DNA of 64,000 nt from Eledone cirrhosa. Taxonomy: Eukaryota. Of this stretch, positions 16,101 through 30,290 are shown in pieces. The notes beneath the pieces are model-generated. The model did no database searches. It was not told the origin of the DNA and was given only the letters and a program-made list of their open reading frames with translations. Both the position numbers and the translations under genes were made by a program. Position 1 is the first letter of the stretch; the number at the start of each line of letters is the position of its first letter. The stretch is from contig OZ024742.1 in assembly GCA_964016885.1 (NCBI GenBank), positions 372,806,001-372,870,000 on the forward strand, in the 5' to 3' direction.

Positions 16101-19100
16101 TATAAGCTGTAAATCTCATTCTATGAACTGTAAATCTCTTTCTATATAAACTGTAAATCTCATTCTACATAAACTGTAAATCTCATTCTATAAACTGTAA
16201 ATCTCTTTCTATATAAACTGTAAATCTCATTCTATATAAACTGTAAATCTCTTTCTATATAAACTGTAAATTTCATTCTATAAACTGTAAATCTCTTTCT
16301 ATATAAACTGTAAATCTCATTCTATATAAACTGTAAATCTCATTCTATATAAACTGTATATCTCATTCTATAAACTGTAAATCTCTTTCTATATAAACTG
16401 TAAATCTCTTTCTATATGAACTGTAAATTTCTTTCTATATAAACTGTAAATCTCATTCTATATAAGCTGTAAATCTCATTCTATGAACTGTAAATATCTT
16501 TCTATATAAACTGTAAATCTCATTCTACATAAACTGTAAATCTCATTCTATAAACTGTAAATCTCTTTCTATATAAACTGTAAATCTCATTCTATATAAA
16601 CTGTAAATCTCTTTATATAAACTGTAAATTTCATTCTATAAACTGTAAATCTCATTCTATATAAACTGTAAATATCATTCTATATAAGCTGTAAATCTCA
16701 TTCTATTAACTGTAAATCTCTTTCTATATAAACTGTAAATCTCATTCTATATAAACTGTATATATCATTCTATAAACTGTAAATCTCAGTCTATAAACTG
16801 TAAATCTCTTTCTCTATAAACTGTAAATCTCTTTCTATATGAACTGTAAATCTCATTCTATATAAACTCTATATATCATTCTATAAACTGTAAATCTCAG
16901 TCTATACTCTGTAAATCTCTTTCTATATAAACTGTAAATCTCTTTCTATATGAACTGTAAATCTCTTTCTATATAAACTGTAAATCTCATTCTATATAAG
17001 CTGTAAATCTCATTCTATGAACTGTAAATCTCTTTCTATATAAACTGTAAATCTCATTCTATATAAACTGTAAATCTCATTCTATAAACTGTAAATCTCT
17101 TTCTATATAAACTGTAAATCTCATTCTATATAAACTGTAAATCTCTTTCTATATAAACTGTAAATTTTATTCTATAAACTGTAAATCTCTTTCTATATAA
17201 ACTGTAAATCTCATTCTATATAAACTGTAAATCTCTTTCTATATAAACTGTAAATCTCATTCTATAAACTGTAAATCTCTTTCTATATAAACTGTAAATC
17301 TCATTCTATATAAGCTGTAAATCTCATTCTATTAACTGTAAATCTCTTTCTATATAAACTGTAAATCTCATTCTATATAAACTCTATATATCATTCTATA
17401 AACTGTAAATCTCAGTCTATAAACTGTAAATCTCTTTCTATATAAACTGTAAATCTCTTTCTATATGAACTGTAAATCTCTTTCTATATAAACTGTAAAT
17501 CTCATTCTATGTAAGCTGTAAATCTCATTCTATGAACTGGAAATCTCTTTCTATATAAACTGTAAATCTCATTCTATGTAAACTGTAACTCTCATTCTAT
17601 ATAAACTGTAAATCTCTTTCTATATAAACTGTAAATCTCATTCTATATAAACTGTAAATCTCTTTCTATATAAACTGTAAATCTCATTCTATATAAACTG
17701 TAAATCCCATTCTATAAACTGTAAATCTCTTTCTATATAACCTGTAAATCTCTTTCTATAGAAACTGTAAATCTCATGCTATAAACGGTAAATCTCATTC
17801 TATATAAACTGTAAATCTCATTCTATATAAACTCTGAATCTGATTCTATATAAACTGTAACTCTCATTTTATATAAACTGTGAATCTCATTCTATATAAA
17901 CTGTATATCTCATTCTATATAAACTGTAAATCTCATTCGATAAACTGTAAATCTCTTTTTATATAAAATGTAAATCTCATTCTATAAACTGTAAATCTCT
18001 TTCTATATAAACTGTAAATCTCATTCTATATAAACTGTAAATCTCTTTCTATATAAACTGTAAATCTCATGCTATAAACTGAAAATCTCATTCTATATAA
18101 ACTGTAAATCTCTTACTATATAAACTCTGAATCTGATTCTATATAAACTGTAACTCTCATTTCATATAAACTGCGAATCTCATTCTATATAAACTGTATA
18201 TCTCATTCTATATAAACTGTAAATCTCATTCGATAAACTGTAAATCTCTTTTTATATAAACTGTAAATCTCATTCTATATAAACTGTAAATCTCATTCTA
18301 TATAAAATGTAAATCTCATTCTATAAACTGTAAATCTCTTTCTATATAAACTGTAAATCTCATTCTATATAAACTGTAAATCTCTTTCTATATAAAGTGT
18401 AAATTTCATTCTATAAACTCTAAATCTCTTTCTATATAAACTGTAAATCTCATTCTATATAAACTGTAAATCTCTTTCTATATAAACTGTAAATCTCATT
18501 CTATATAAACTGAATCTCATTCTATATAAACTGTAAATCTCTTTCTATATAAACTGTAAATCTCATTCTATATAAACTGTAAATCTCATTCTATATAAAC
18601 TGTAAATCTCATTCTATTAACTGTAAATCTCATTCTATATAAACTGTAAATCTCATTCTATATAAACTGTATATATCATTCTATAAACTGTAAATCTCAG
18701 TCTATAAACTGTAAATCTCAGTCTATAAACTGTAAATCTCTTTCTATATATACTGTAAATCTCTTTCTCTATAAACTGTAAATTTCATTCTATAAACCCT
18801 AAATCTCTTTCTATATAAACTGTAAATCTCATTCTATATAAACTGTAAATCTCTTTCTATATAAACTGTAAGTCTCATTCTATATAAGCTGTAAATCTCA
18901 TTCTATGAACTGTAAATCTCTTTCTATATAAACTGTAAATCTCATTCTATATGAACTGTAAATCTCATTCTATAAACTGTAAATCTCTTTCTATATAAAC
19001 TGTAAATCACATTCTATATAAACTATAAATCTCATTCGATAAACTGTAAATCTCTTTTTATATAAACTGTAAATCTCATTCTATATAAACTGTAAATCTC

Positions 19101-19400
19101 ATTCTATATAAACTGTAAATCTCATGCTATAAACTGAAAATCTCATTCTATATAAACTGTAAATCTCTTTCTATATAAACTCTGAATCTGATTCTATATA
19201 AACTGTAACTCTCATTTCATATAAACTGCGAATCTCATTCTATATAAACTGTATATCTCATTCTATATAAACTGTAAATCTCATTCGATAAACTGTAAAT
19301 CTCTTTTTATATAAACTGTAAATCTCATTCTATATAAACTGTAAATCTCATTCTATATAAAATGTAAATCTCAGTCTATAAACTGTAAATCTCAGTCTAT
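10113..19400. repeat. Tandem ~3.8-4.06 kb higher-order repeats of sub-family A (units start at 10113, 14174 and 17942)
   Basis: The motif ttcgat-aaactgtaaatctctttttatataaaatgt starts units at 1, 4062, 10113, 14174, 17942 and 45785 (spacings 4061, 4061, 3768). In most cases it is preceded by the ctggaaatc / tagaaactg / aaacggta markers. Confidence 0.85.
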
Positions 19401-22159
19401 AAACTGTAAATCTCTTTCTATATAAACTGTAAATCTCTTTCTATATAAACTGTAAATTTCATTCTATAAACTCTAAATCTCTTTCTATATAAACTGTAAA
19501 TCTCATTCTATATAAACTGTAAATCTCTTTCTATATAAACTGTAAATCTCATTCTATATAAGCTGTAAATCTCATTCTATGAAATGTAAATCTCTTTCTA
19601 TATAAACTGTAAATCTCATTCTATATGAACTGTAAATCTCATTCTATAAACTGTAAATCTCTTTCTATATAAACTGTAAATCTCATTCTATATAAACTGT
19701 AAATCTCTTTCTATATAAACTGTAAATTTCATTCTATAAACTGTAAATCTCTTTCTATATAAACTGTAAATCTCATTCTATATAAACTGTAAATCTCTTT
19801 CTATATAAACTGTAAATCTCATTCTATATAAACTGTGAATCTCATTCTATATAAACTGTAAATCTCATTCTATAAACTGTAAATCTCTTTCTATATAAAC
19901 TGTAAATCTCATTCTATATAAGCTGTAAATCTCATTCTATTAACTGTAAATCTCTTTCTATATAAACTGTAAATCTCATTCTATATAAACTGTATATATC
20001 ATTCTATAAAGTGTAAATCTCAGTCTATAAACTGTAAATCTCTTTCTATATAAACTGTAAATCTCTTTCTATATGAACTGTAATTCTCTTTCTATATAAA
20101 CTGTAAATCTCATTCTATATAAGCTGTAAATCTCATTCTATGAACTGTAAATCTCTTTCTATATAAACTGTAAATCTCATTCTACATAAACTGTAAATCT
20201 CATTCTATAAACTGTAAATCTCTTTCTATATAAACTGTAAATCTCATTCTATATAAACTGTAAATCTCTTTCTATATTAACTGTAAATTTCATTCTATAA
20301 ACTGTAAATCTCTTTCTATATAAACTGTAAATCTCATTCTATATAAACTGTAAATCTCATTCTATTTCAACTGTAAATCTCATTCTATAAACTGTAAATC
20401 TCTTTCTATATAAACTGTAAATCTCTTTCTATATGAACTGTAAATTTCTTTCTATATAAACTGTAAATCTCATTCTATATAAGCTGTAAATCTCATTCTA
20501 TGAACTGTAAATATCTTTCTATATAAACTGTAAATCTCATTCTACATAAACTGTAAATCTCATTCTATAAACTGTAAATCTCTTTCTATATAAACTGTAA
20601 ATCTCATTCTATATAAACTGTAAATCTCTTTCTATATAAACTGTAAATTTCATTCTATAAACTGTAAATCTCTTTCTATATAAACTGTAAATCTCATTCT
20701 ATATAAACTGTAAATCTCATTCTATATAAGCTGTAAATCTCATTCTATATAAACTGTAAATCTCATTCTATATAAACTGTATATATCATTCTATAAACTG
20801 TAAATCTCAGTCTATAAACTGTAAATCTCTTTCTCTATAAACTGTAAATCTCTTTCTATATGAACTGTAAATCTCATTCTATATAAACTGTAAATCTCTT
20901 TCTATATAAACTGTAAATCTCATTCTATATAAACTGTGAATCTCATTCTATATAAACTGTAAATCTCATTCTATAAACTGTAAATCTCTTTCTATATAAA
21001 CTGTAAATCTCATTCTATATAAGCTGTAAATCTCATTCTATTAACTGTAAATCTCTTTCTATATAAACTGTAAATCTCATTCTATATAAACTGTATATAT
21101 CATTCTATAAAGTGTAAATCTCAGTCTATAAACTGTAAATCTCTTTCTATATAAACTGTAAATCTCTTTCTATATGAACTGTAATTCTCTTTCTATATAA
21201 ACTGTAAATCTCATTCTATATAAGCTGTAAATCTCATTCTATGAACTGTAAATCTCTTTCTATATAAACTGTAAATCTCATTCTACATAAACTGTAAATC
21301 TCATTCTATAAACTGTAAATCTCTTTCTATATAAACTGTAAATCTCATTCTATATAAACTGTAAATCTCTTTCTATATTAACTGTAAATTTCATTCTATA
21401 AACTGTAAATCTCTTTCTATATAAACTGTAAATCTCATTCTATATAAACTGTAAATCTCATTCTATATCAACTGTAAATCTCATTCTATAAACTGTAAAT
21501 CTCTTTCTATATAAACTGTAAATCTCTTTCTATATGAACTGTAAATTTCTTTCTATATAAACTGTAAATCTCATTCTATATAAGCTGTAAATCTCATTCT
21601 ATGAACTGTAAATATCTTTCTATATAAACTGTAAATCTCATTCTACATAAACTGTAAATCTCATTCTATAAACTGTAAATCTCTTTCTATATAAACTGTA
21701 AATCTCATTCTATATAAACTGTAAATCTCTTTCTATATAAACTGTAAATTTCATTCTATAAACTGTAAATCTCTTTCTATATAAACTGTAAATCTCATTC
21801 TATATAAACTGTAAATCTCATTCTATATAAGCTGTAAATCTCATTCTATTAACTGTAAATCTCTTTCTATATAAACTGTAAATCTCATTCTATATAAACT
21901 GTATATATCATTCTATAAACTGTAAATCTCAGTCTATAAACTGTAAATCTCTTTCTCTATAAACTGTAAATCTCTTTCTATATGAACTGTAAATCTCTTT
22001 CTATATAAACTGTAAATCTCATTCTATGTAAGCTGTAAATCTCATTCTATGAACTGTAAATCTCTTTCTATATAAACTGTAAATCTCATTCTATATAAAC
22101 TGTAAATCTCATTCTATGAACTGTAAATCTCTTTCTATATAAACTGTAAATCTCATTCT

Positions 22160-25100
22160 ATATAAACTGTAAATTTCATTCTATAAACTGTAAATCTCTT
22201 TCTATATAAACTGTAAATCTCATTCTATATAAACTGTAAATCTCTTTCTATATAAACTGTAAATCTCATTCTATATAAACTGTGAATCTCATTCTATAAA
22301 CTGTAAATCTCTTTCTATATAAACTGTAAATATCATTCTATATACACTGTAAATCTCTTTCTATATAAACTGTAAATCCCATTCTATATAAACTGTATAT
22401 ATCATTCTATAAACTGTAAATCACATTCTATAAACTGTAAATCTCTTTCTATATGAACTGTAAATCTCATTCTATATAACTTGTAAATCTCATTCTATAA
22501 ACTGTGAATCTCATTCTATATAAACTGTAAGTCTCATTCTATAAACTGCAAATCTCATTCTATGAACTGTAAATCTCTTTCTATATAAACTGTAAATCTC
22601 ATTCTATATAAAATGTAAATCTCATTCTATAAACTGTAAATCTCTTTCTGTATAAACTGTAAATCTCATTCTATATAAACTGTAAATCTCTTTCTATATA
22701 AACTGTAAATTTCATTCTATAAACTGTAAATCTCTTTCTATATAAACTGTAAATCTAATTCTATATAAACTGTAAATCTCTTTCTATATAAACTGTAAAT
22801 CTCATTCTATATAAACTGTGAATCTCATTCTATAAGCTGTAAATCTCTTTCTATATAAACTGTAAATCTCATTCTATATACACTGTAAATCTCTTTCTAT
22901 ATAAACTGTAAATCTCATTCTATATAAAATGTAAATCTCATTCTATAAACTGTAAATCCCTTTCCATATAAACTGTAAATCTCATTCTATATAAGCTGTA
23001 AATCTCATTCTATAAATTGTACATCTCTTTCTATATAAACTGTAAATCCCATTCTATATAAACTGTATATATCATTCTATAAACTGTAAATCTCATTCTA
23101 TATACTGTAAATCTCTTTCTATATAAACTGTAAATCTAATTCTATATTAACTGTAAATCTGATTCTATAAACTGTAAATCTCTTTCTATATAAACTGTAA
23201 ATCTCACTCTATATAAACTGTAAATCTCTTTCAATATAAACTGTAAATCTCGTTCTATATAAGCTGTAAATCTCATTCTATAAACTGTAAATCTCTTTCT
23301 ATATAAACTGTAAATCCCATTCTATATAAACTGTATATATCATTCTATAAACTGTAAATCACATTCTATAAACTGTAAATCTCTTTCTATATAAACTGTA
23401 AATCTCATTCTATATAAACTGTAAATCTATTTCTATATGAACTGTAAATCTCATTCTATATAAATTGTAAATCTCATTCTATAAACTGTGAATCTCATTC
23501 TATATAAACTGTAAATCTCATTCTATAAACTGTAAATCTCATTCTATGAACTGTAAATCTCTTTCTATATAAACTGTAAATCTCATTCTGTATAAACTGT
23601 AAATCTCTTTCTATATAAACTGTAAATTTCATTCTATAAACTGTAAATCTCTTTCTATATAAACTGTAAATCTCATTCTATATAAACTGTAAATCTCATT
23701 CTATATAAACTGTAAATTTCATTCTATAAACTGTAAATCTCTTTCTATATAAACTGTAAATCTCATTCTATATAAACTGTAAATCTCTTTCTATATAAAC
23801 TGTAAATCTCATTCTATATAAACTGTGAATCTCATTCTATAAACTGTAAATCTCTTTCTATATAAACTGTAAATATCATTCTATATACACTGTAAATCTC
23901 TTTCTATATAAACTGTAAATCCCATTCTATATAAACTGTATATATCATTCTATAAACTGTAAATCACATTCTATAAACTGTAAATCTCTTTCTATATGAA
24001 CTGTAAATCTCATTCTATATAACTTGTAAATCTCATTCTATAAACTGTGAATCTCATTCTATATAAACTGTAAGTCTCATTCTATAAACTGCAAATCTCA
24101 TTCTATGAACTGTAAATCTCTTTCTATATAAACTGTAAATCTCATTCTATATAAAATGTAAATCTCATTCTATAAACTGTAAATCTCTTTCTGTATAAAC
24201 TGTAAATCTCATTCTATATAAACTGTAAATCTCTTTCTATATAAACTGTAAATTTCATTCTATAAACTGTAAATCTCTTTCTATATAAACTGTAAATCTA
24301 ATTCTATATAAACTGTAAATCTCTTTCTATATAAACTGTAAATCTCATTCTATATAAACTGTGAATCTCATTCTATAAGCTGTAAATCTCTTTCTATATA
24401 AACTGTAAATCTCATTCTATATACACTGTAAATCTCTTTCTATATAAACTGTAAATCTCATTCTATATAAAATGTAAATCTCATTCTATAAACTGTAAAT
24501 CCCTTTCCATATAAACTGTAAATCTCATTCTATATAAGCTGTAAATCTCATTCTATAAATTGTACATCTCTTTCTATATAAACTGTAAATCCCATTCTAT
24601 ATAAACTGTATATATCATTCTATAAACTGTAAATCTCATTCTATATACTGTAAATCTCTATCTATATAAACTGTAAATCTAATTCTATATTAACTGTAAA
24701 TCTGATTCTATAAACTGTAAATCTCTTTCTATATAAACTGTAAATCTCACTCTATATAAACTGTAAATCTCTTTCAATATAAACTGTAAATCTCGTTCTA
24801 TATAAGCTGTAAATCTCATTCTATAAACTGTAAATCTCTTTCTATATAAACTGTAAATCCCATTCTATATAAACTGTATATATCATTCTATAAACTGTAA
24901 ATCACATTCTATAAACTGTAAATCTCTTTCTATATAAACTGTAAATCTCATTCTATATAAACTGTAAATCTATTTCTATATGAACTGTAAATCTCATTCT
25001 ATATAAATTGTAAATCTCATTCTATAAACTGTGAATCTCATTCTATATAAACTGTAAATCTCATTCTATAAACTGTAAATCTCATTCTATGAACTGTAAA

Positions 25101-25245
25101 TCTCTTTCTATATAAACTGTAAATCTCATTCTGTATAAACTGTAAATCTCTTTCTATATAAACTGTAAATTTCATTCTATAAACTGTAAATCTCTTTCTA
25201 TATAAACTGTAAATCTCATTCTATATAAACTGTAAATCTCATTCT
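22160..25245. repeat. Direct tandem duplication with a 1,543-bp unit
   Basis: Markers tatcattctatatacac (C at 22345/23888) and tttcaatat (C at 23232/24775) both show offset 1543, with the same variant order in between. Confidence 0.88.
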
Positions 25246-28200
25246 ATATAAACTGTAAATCTCATTCTATAAACTGTAAATCTCTTTCTATATAAACTGT
25301 AAATCTCTTTCTATATGAACTGTAAATTTCTTTCTATATAAACTGTAAATCTCATTCTATATAAGCTGTAAATCTCATTTTATGAACTGTAAATATCTTT
25401 CTATATAAACTGTAAATCTCATTCTACATAAACTGTAAATCTCATTCTATAAACTGTAAATCTCTTTCTATATAAACTGTAAATCTCTTTCTATATGAAC
25501 TGTAAATTTCTTTCTATATAAACTGTAAATCTCATTCTATATAAGCTGTAAATCTCATTCTATGAACTGTAAATATCTTTCTATATAAACTGTAAATCTC
25601 ATTCTACATAAACTGTAAATCTCATTCTATAAACTGTAAATCTCTTTCTATATAAACTGTAAATCTCATTCTATATAAACTGTAAATCTCTTTCTATATA
25701 AACTGTAAATTTCATTCTATAAACTGTAAATCTCTTTCTATATAAACTGTAAATCTCATTCTATATAAACTGTAAATCTCATTCTATATAAGCTGTAAAT
25801 CTCATTCTATTAACTGTAAATCTCTTTCTATATAAACTGTAAATCTCATTCTATATAAACTGTATATATCATTCTATAAACTGTAAATCTCAGTCTATAA
25901 ACTGTAAATCTCTTTCTCTATAAACTGTAAATCTCTTTCTATATGAACTGTAAATCTCATTCTATATAAACTGTAAATCTCTTTCTATATAAACTGTAAA
26001 TCTCATTCTATATAAACTGTGAATCTCATTCTATATAAACTGTAAATCTCATTCTATAAACTGTAAATCTCTTTCTATATAAACTGTAAATCTCATTCTA
26101 TATAAGCTGTAAATCTCATTCTATTAACTGTAAATCTCTTTCTATATAAACTGTAAATCTCATTCTATATAAACTGTATATATCATTCTATAAAGTGTAA
26201 ATCTCAGTCTATAAACTGTAAATCTCTTTCTATATAAACTGTAAATCTCTTTCTATATGAACTGTAATTCTCTTTCTATATAAACTGTAAATCTCATTCT
26301 ATATAAGCTGTAAATCTCATTCTATGAACTGTAAATCTCTTTCTATATAAACTGTAAATCTCATTCTACATAAACTGTAAATCTCATTCTATAAACTGTA
26401 AATCTCTTTCTATATAAACTGTAAATCTCATTCTATATAAACTGTAAATCTCTTTCTATATTAACTGTAAATTTCATTCTATAAACTGTAAATCTCTTTC
26501 TATATAAACTGTAAATCTCATTCTATATAAACTGTAAATCTCATTCTATATCAACTGTAAATCTCATTCTATAAACTGTAAATCTCTTTCTATATAAACT
26601 GTAAATCTCTTTCTATATGAACTGTAAATTTCTTTCTATATAAACTGTAAATCTCATTCTATATAAGCTGTAAATCTCATTCTATGAACTGTAAATATCT
26701 TTCTATATAAACTGTAAATCTCATTCTACATAAACTGTAAATCTCATTCTATAAACTGTAAATCTCTTTCTATATAAACTGTAAATCTCATTCTATATAA
26801 ACTGTAAATCTCTTTCTATATAAACTGTAAATTTCATTCTATAAACTGTAAATCTCTTTCTATATAAACTGTAAATCTCATTCTATATAAACTGTAAATC
26901 TCATTCTATATAAGCTGTAAATCTCATTCTATTAACTGTAAATCTCTTTCTATATAAACTGTAAATCTCATTCTATATAAACTGTATATATCATTCTATA
27001 AACTGTAAATCTCAGTCTATAAACTGTAAATCTCTTTCTCTATAAACTGTAAATCTCTTTCTATATGAACTGTAAATCTCTTTCTATATAAACTGTAAAT
27101 CTCATTCTATGTAAGCTGTAAATCTCATTCTATGAACTGTAAATCTCTTTCTATATAAACTGTAAATCTCATTCTATATAAACTGTAAATCTCATTCTAT
27201 GAACTGTAAATCTCTTTCTATATAAACTGTAAATCTCATTCTATATAAACTGTAAATTTCATTCTATAAACTGTAAATCTCTTTCTATATAAACTGTAAA
27301 TCTCATTCTATATAAACTGTAAATCTCTTTCTATATAAACTGTAAATCTCATTCTATATAAACTGTGAATCTCATTCTATAAACTGTAAATCTCTTTCTA
27401 TATAAACTGTAAATATCATTCTATATACACTGTAAATCTCTTTCTATATAAACTGTAAATCCCATTCTATATAAACTGTATATATCATTCTATAAACTGT
27501 AAATCACATTCTATAAACTGTAAATCTCTTTCTATATGAACTGTAAATCTCATTCTATATAACTTGTAAATCTCATTCTATAAACTGTGAATCTCATTCT
27601 ATATTAACTGTAAGTCTCATTCTATAAACTGCAAATCTCATTCTATGAACTGTAAATCTCTTTCTATATAAACTGTAAATCTCATTCTATATAAAATGTA
27701 AATCTCATTCTATAAACTGTAAATCTCTTTCTGTATAAACTGTAAATCTCATTCTATATAAACTGTAAATCTCTTTCTATATAAACTGTAAATTTCATTC
27801 TATAAACTGTAAATCTCTTTCTATATAAACTGTAAATCTAATTCTATATAAACTGTAAATCTCTTTCTATATAAACTGTAAATCTCATTCTATATAAACT
27901 GTGAATCTCATTCTATAAGCTGTAAATCTCTTTCTATATAAACTGTAAATCTCATTCTATATACACTGTAAATCTCTTTCTATATAAACTGTAAATCTCA
28001 TTCTATATAAAATGTAAATCTCATTCTATAAACTGTAAATCCCTTTCCATATAAACTGTAAATCTCATTCTATATAAGCTGTAAATCTCATTCTATAAAT
28101 TGTACATCTCTTTCTATATTAACTGTAAATCCCATTCTATATAAACTGTATATATCATTCTATAAACTGTAAATCTCATTCTATATACTGTAAATCTCTT

Positions 28201-30290
28201 TCTATATAAACTGTAAATCTAATTCTATATTAACTGTAAATCTGATTCTATAAACTGTAAATCTCTTTCTATATAAACTGTAAATCTCACTCTATATAAA
28301 CTGTAAATCTCTTTCAATATAAACTGTAAATCTCGTTCTATATAAGCTGTAAATCTCATTCTATAAACTGTAAATCTCTTTCTATATAAACTGTAAATCC
28401 CATTCTATATAAACTGTATATATCATTCTATAAACTGTAAATCACATTCTATAAACTGTAAATCTCTTTCTATATAAACTGTAAATCTCATTCTATATAA
28501 ACTGTAAATCTATTTCTATATGAACTGTAAATCTCATTCTATATAAATTGTAAATCTCATTCTATAAACTGTGAATCTCATTCTATATAAACTGTAAATC
28601 TCATTCTATAAACTGTAAATCTCATTCTATGAACTGTAAATCTCTTTCTATATAAACTGTAAATCTCATTCTATATAAACTGTAAATCTCTTTCTATATA
28701 AACTGTAAATTTCATTCTATAAACTGTAAATCTCTTTCTATATAAACTGTAAATCTCATTCTATATAAACTGTAAATCTCATTCTATATAAACTGTAAAT
28801 CTCATTCTATAAACTGTAAATCTCTTTCTATATAAACTGTAAATCTCTTTCTATATGAACTGTAAATTTCTTTCTATATAAACTGTAAATCTCATTCTAT
28901 ATAAGCTGTAAATCTCATTTTATGAACTGTAAATATCTTTCTATATAAACTGTAAATCTCATTCTACATAAACTGTAAATCTCATTCTATAAACTGTAAA
29001 TCTCTTTCTATATAAACTGTAAATCTCATTCTATATAAACTGTAAATCTCTTTCTATATAAACTGTAAATTTCATTCTATAAACTGTAAATCTCTTTCTA
29101 TATAAACTGTAAATCTCATTCTATATAAACTGTAAATCTCATTCTATATAAGCTGTAAATCTCATTCTATTAACTGTAAATCTCTTTCTATATAAACTGT
29201 AAATCTCATTCTATATAAACTGTATATATCATTCTATAAACTGTAAATCTCAGTCTATAAACTGTAAATCTCTTTCTCTATAAACTGTAAATCTCTTTCT
29301 ATATGAACTGTAAATCTCTTTCTATATAAACTGTAAATCTCATTCTATGTAAGCTGTAAATCTCATTCTATGAACTGTAAATCTCTTTCTATATAAACTG
29401 TAAATCTCATTCTATATAAACTGTAAATCTCATTCTATGAACTGTAAATCTCTTTCTATATAAACTGTAAATCTCATTCTATATAAACTGTAAATTTCAT
29501 TCTATAAACTGTAAATCTCTTTCTATATAAACTGTAAATCTCATTCTATATAAACTGTAAATCTCTTTCTATATAAACTGTAAATCTCATTCTATATAAA
29601 CTGTGAATCTCATTCTATAAACTGTAAATCTCTTTCTATATAAACTGTAAATATCATTCTATATACACTGTAAATCTCTTTCTATATAAACTGTAAATCC
29701 CATTCTATATAAACTGTATATATCATTCTATAAACTGTAAATCACATTCTATAAACTGTAAATCTCTTTCTATATAAACTGTAAATCTCATTCTATATAA
29801 ACTGTAGATCTCTTTCTATATGAACTGTAAATCTCATTCTATATAACTTGTAAATCTCATTCTATAAACTGTGAATCTCATTCTATATAAACTGTAAGTC
29901 TCATTCTATAAACTGCAAATCTCATTCTATGAACTGTAAATCTCTTTCTATATAAACTGTACATCTCATTCTATATAAAATGTAAATCTCATTCTATAAA
30001 CTGTAAATCTCTTTCTGTATAAACTGTAAATCTCATTCTATATAAACTGTAAATCTCTTTCTATATAAACTGTAAATTTCATTCTATAAACTGTAAATCT
30101 AATTCTATATAAACTGTAAATCTCTTTCTATATAAACTGTAAATCTCATTCTATATAAACTGTGAATCTCATTCTATAAGCTGTAAATCTCTTTCTATAT
30201 AAACTGTAAATCTGATTCTATATACACTGTAAATCTCTTTCTATATAAACTGTAAATCTCATTCTATATAAACTGTAAATCTCATTCTAT
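23680..30290. repeat. ~6.6 kb block present three times (also ~34380-40990 and ~49800-56410), with an internal 3,540-bp period
   Basis: Offset 10700: ctatatacac 23881/34581, actgtagatc 29801/40501, acatctcatt 29961/40661. Offset 26119-26120 to the third copy. Lines 23881/27421 and 34561/38101 are identical in phase (3540). Confidence 0.88.
25261..25620. repeat. Near-perfect 180-bp (8-monomer) tandem duplication
   Basis: 25261-25440 matches 25441-25620 except for one base (25380 t vs 25560 c). The same doublet recurs near 35960-36320 and 51380-51740. Confidence 0.92.
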
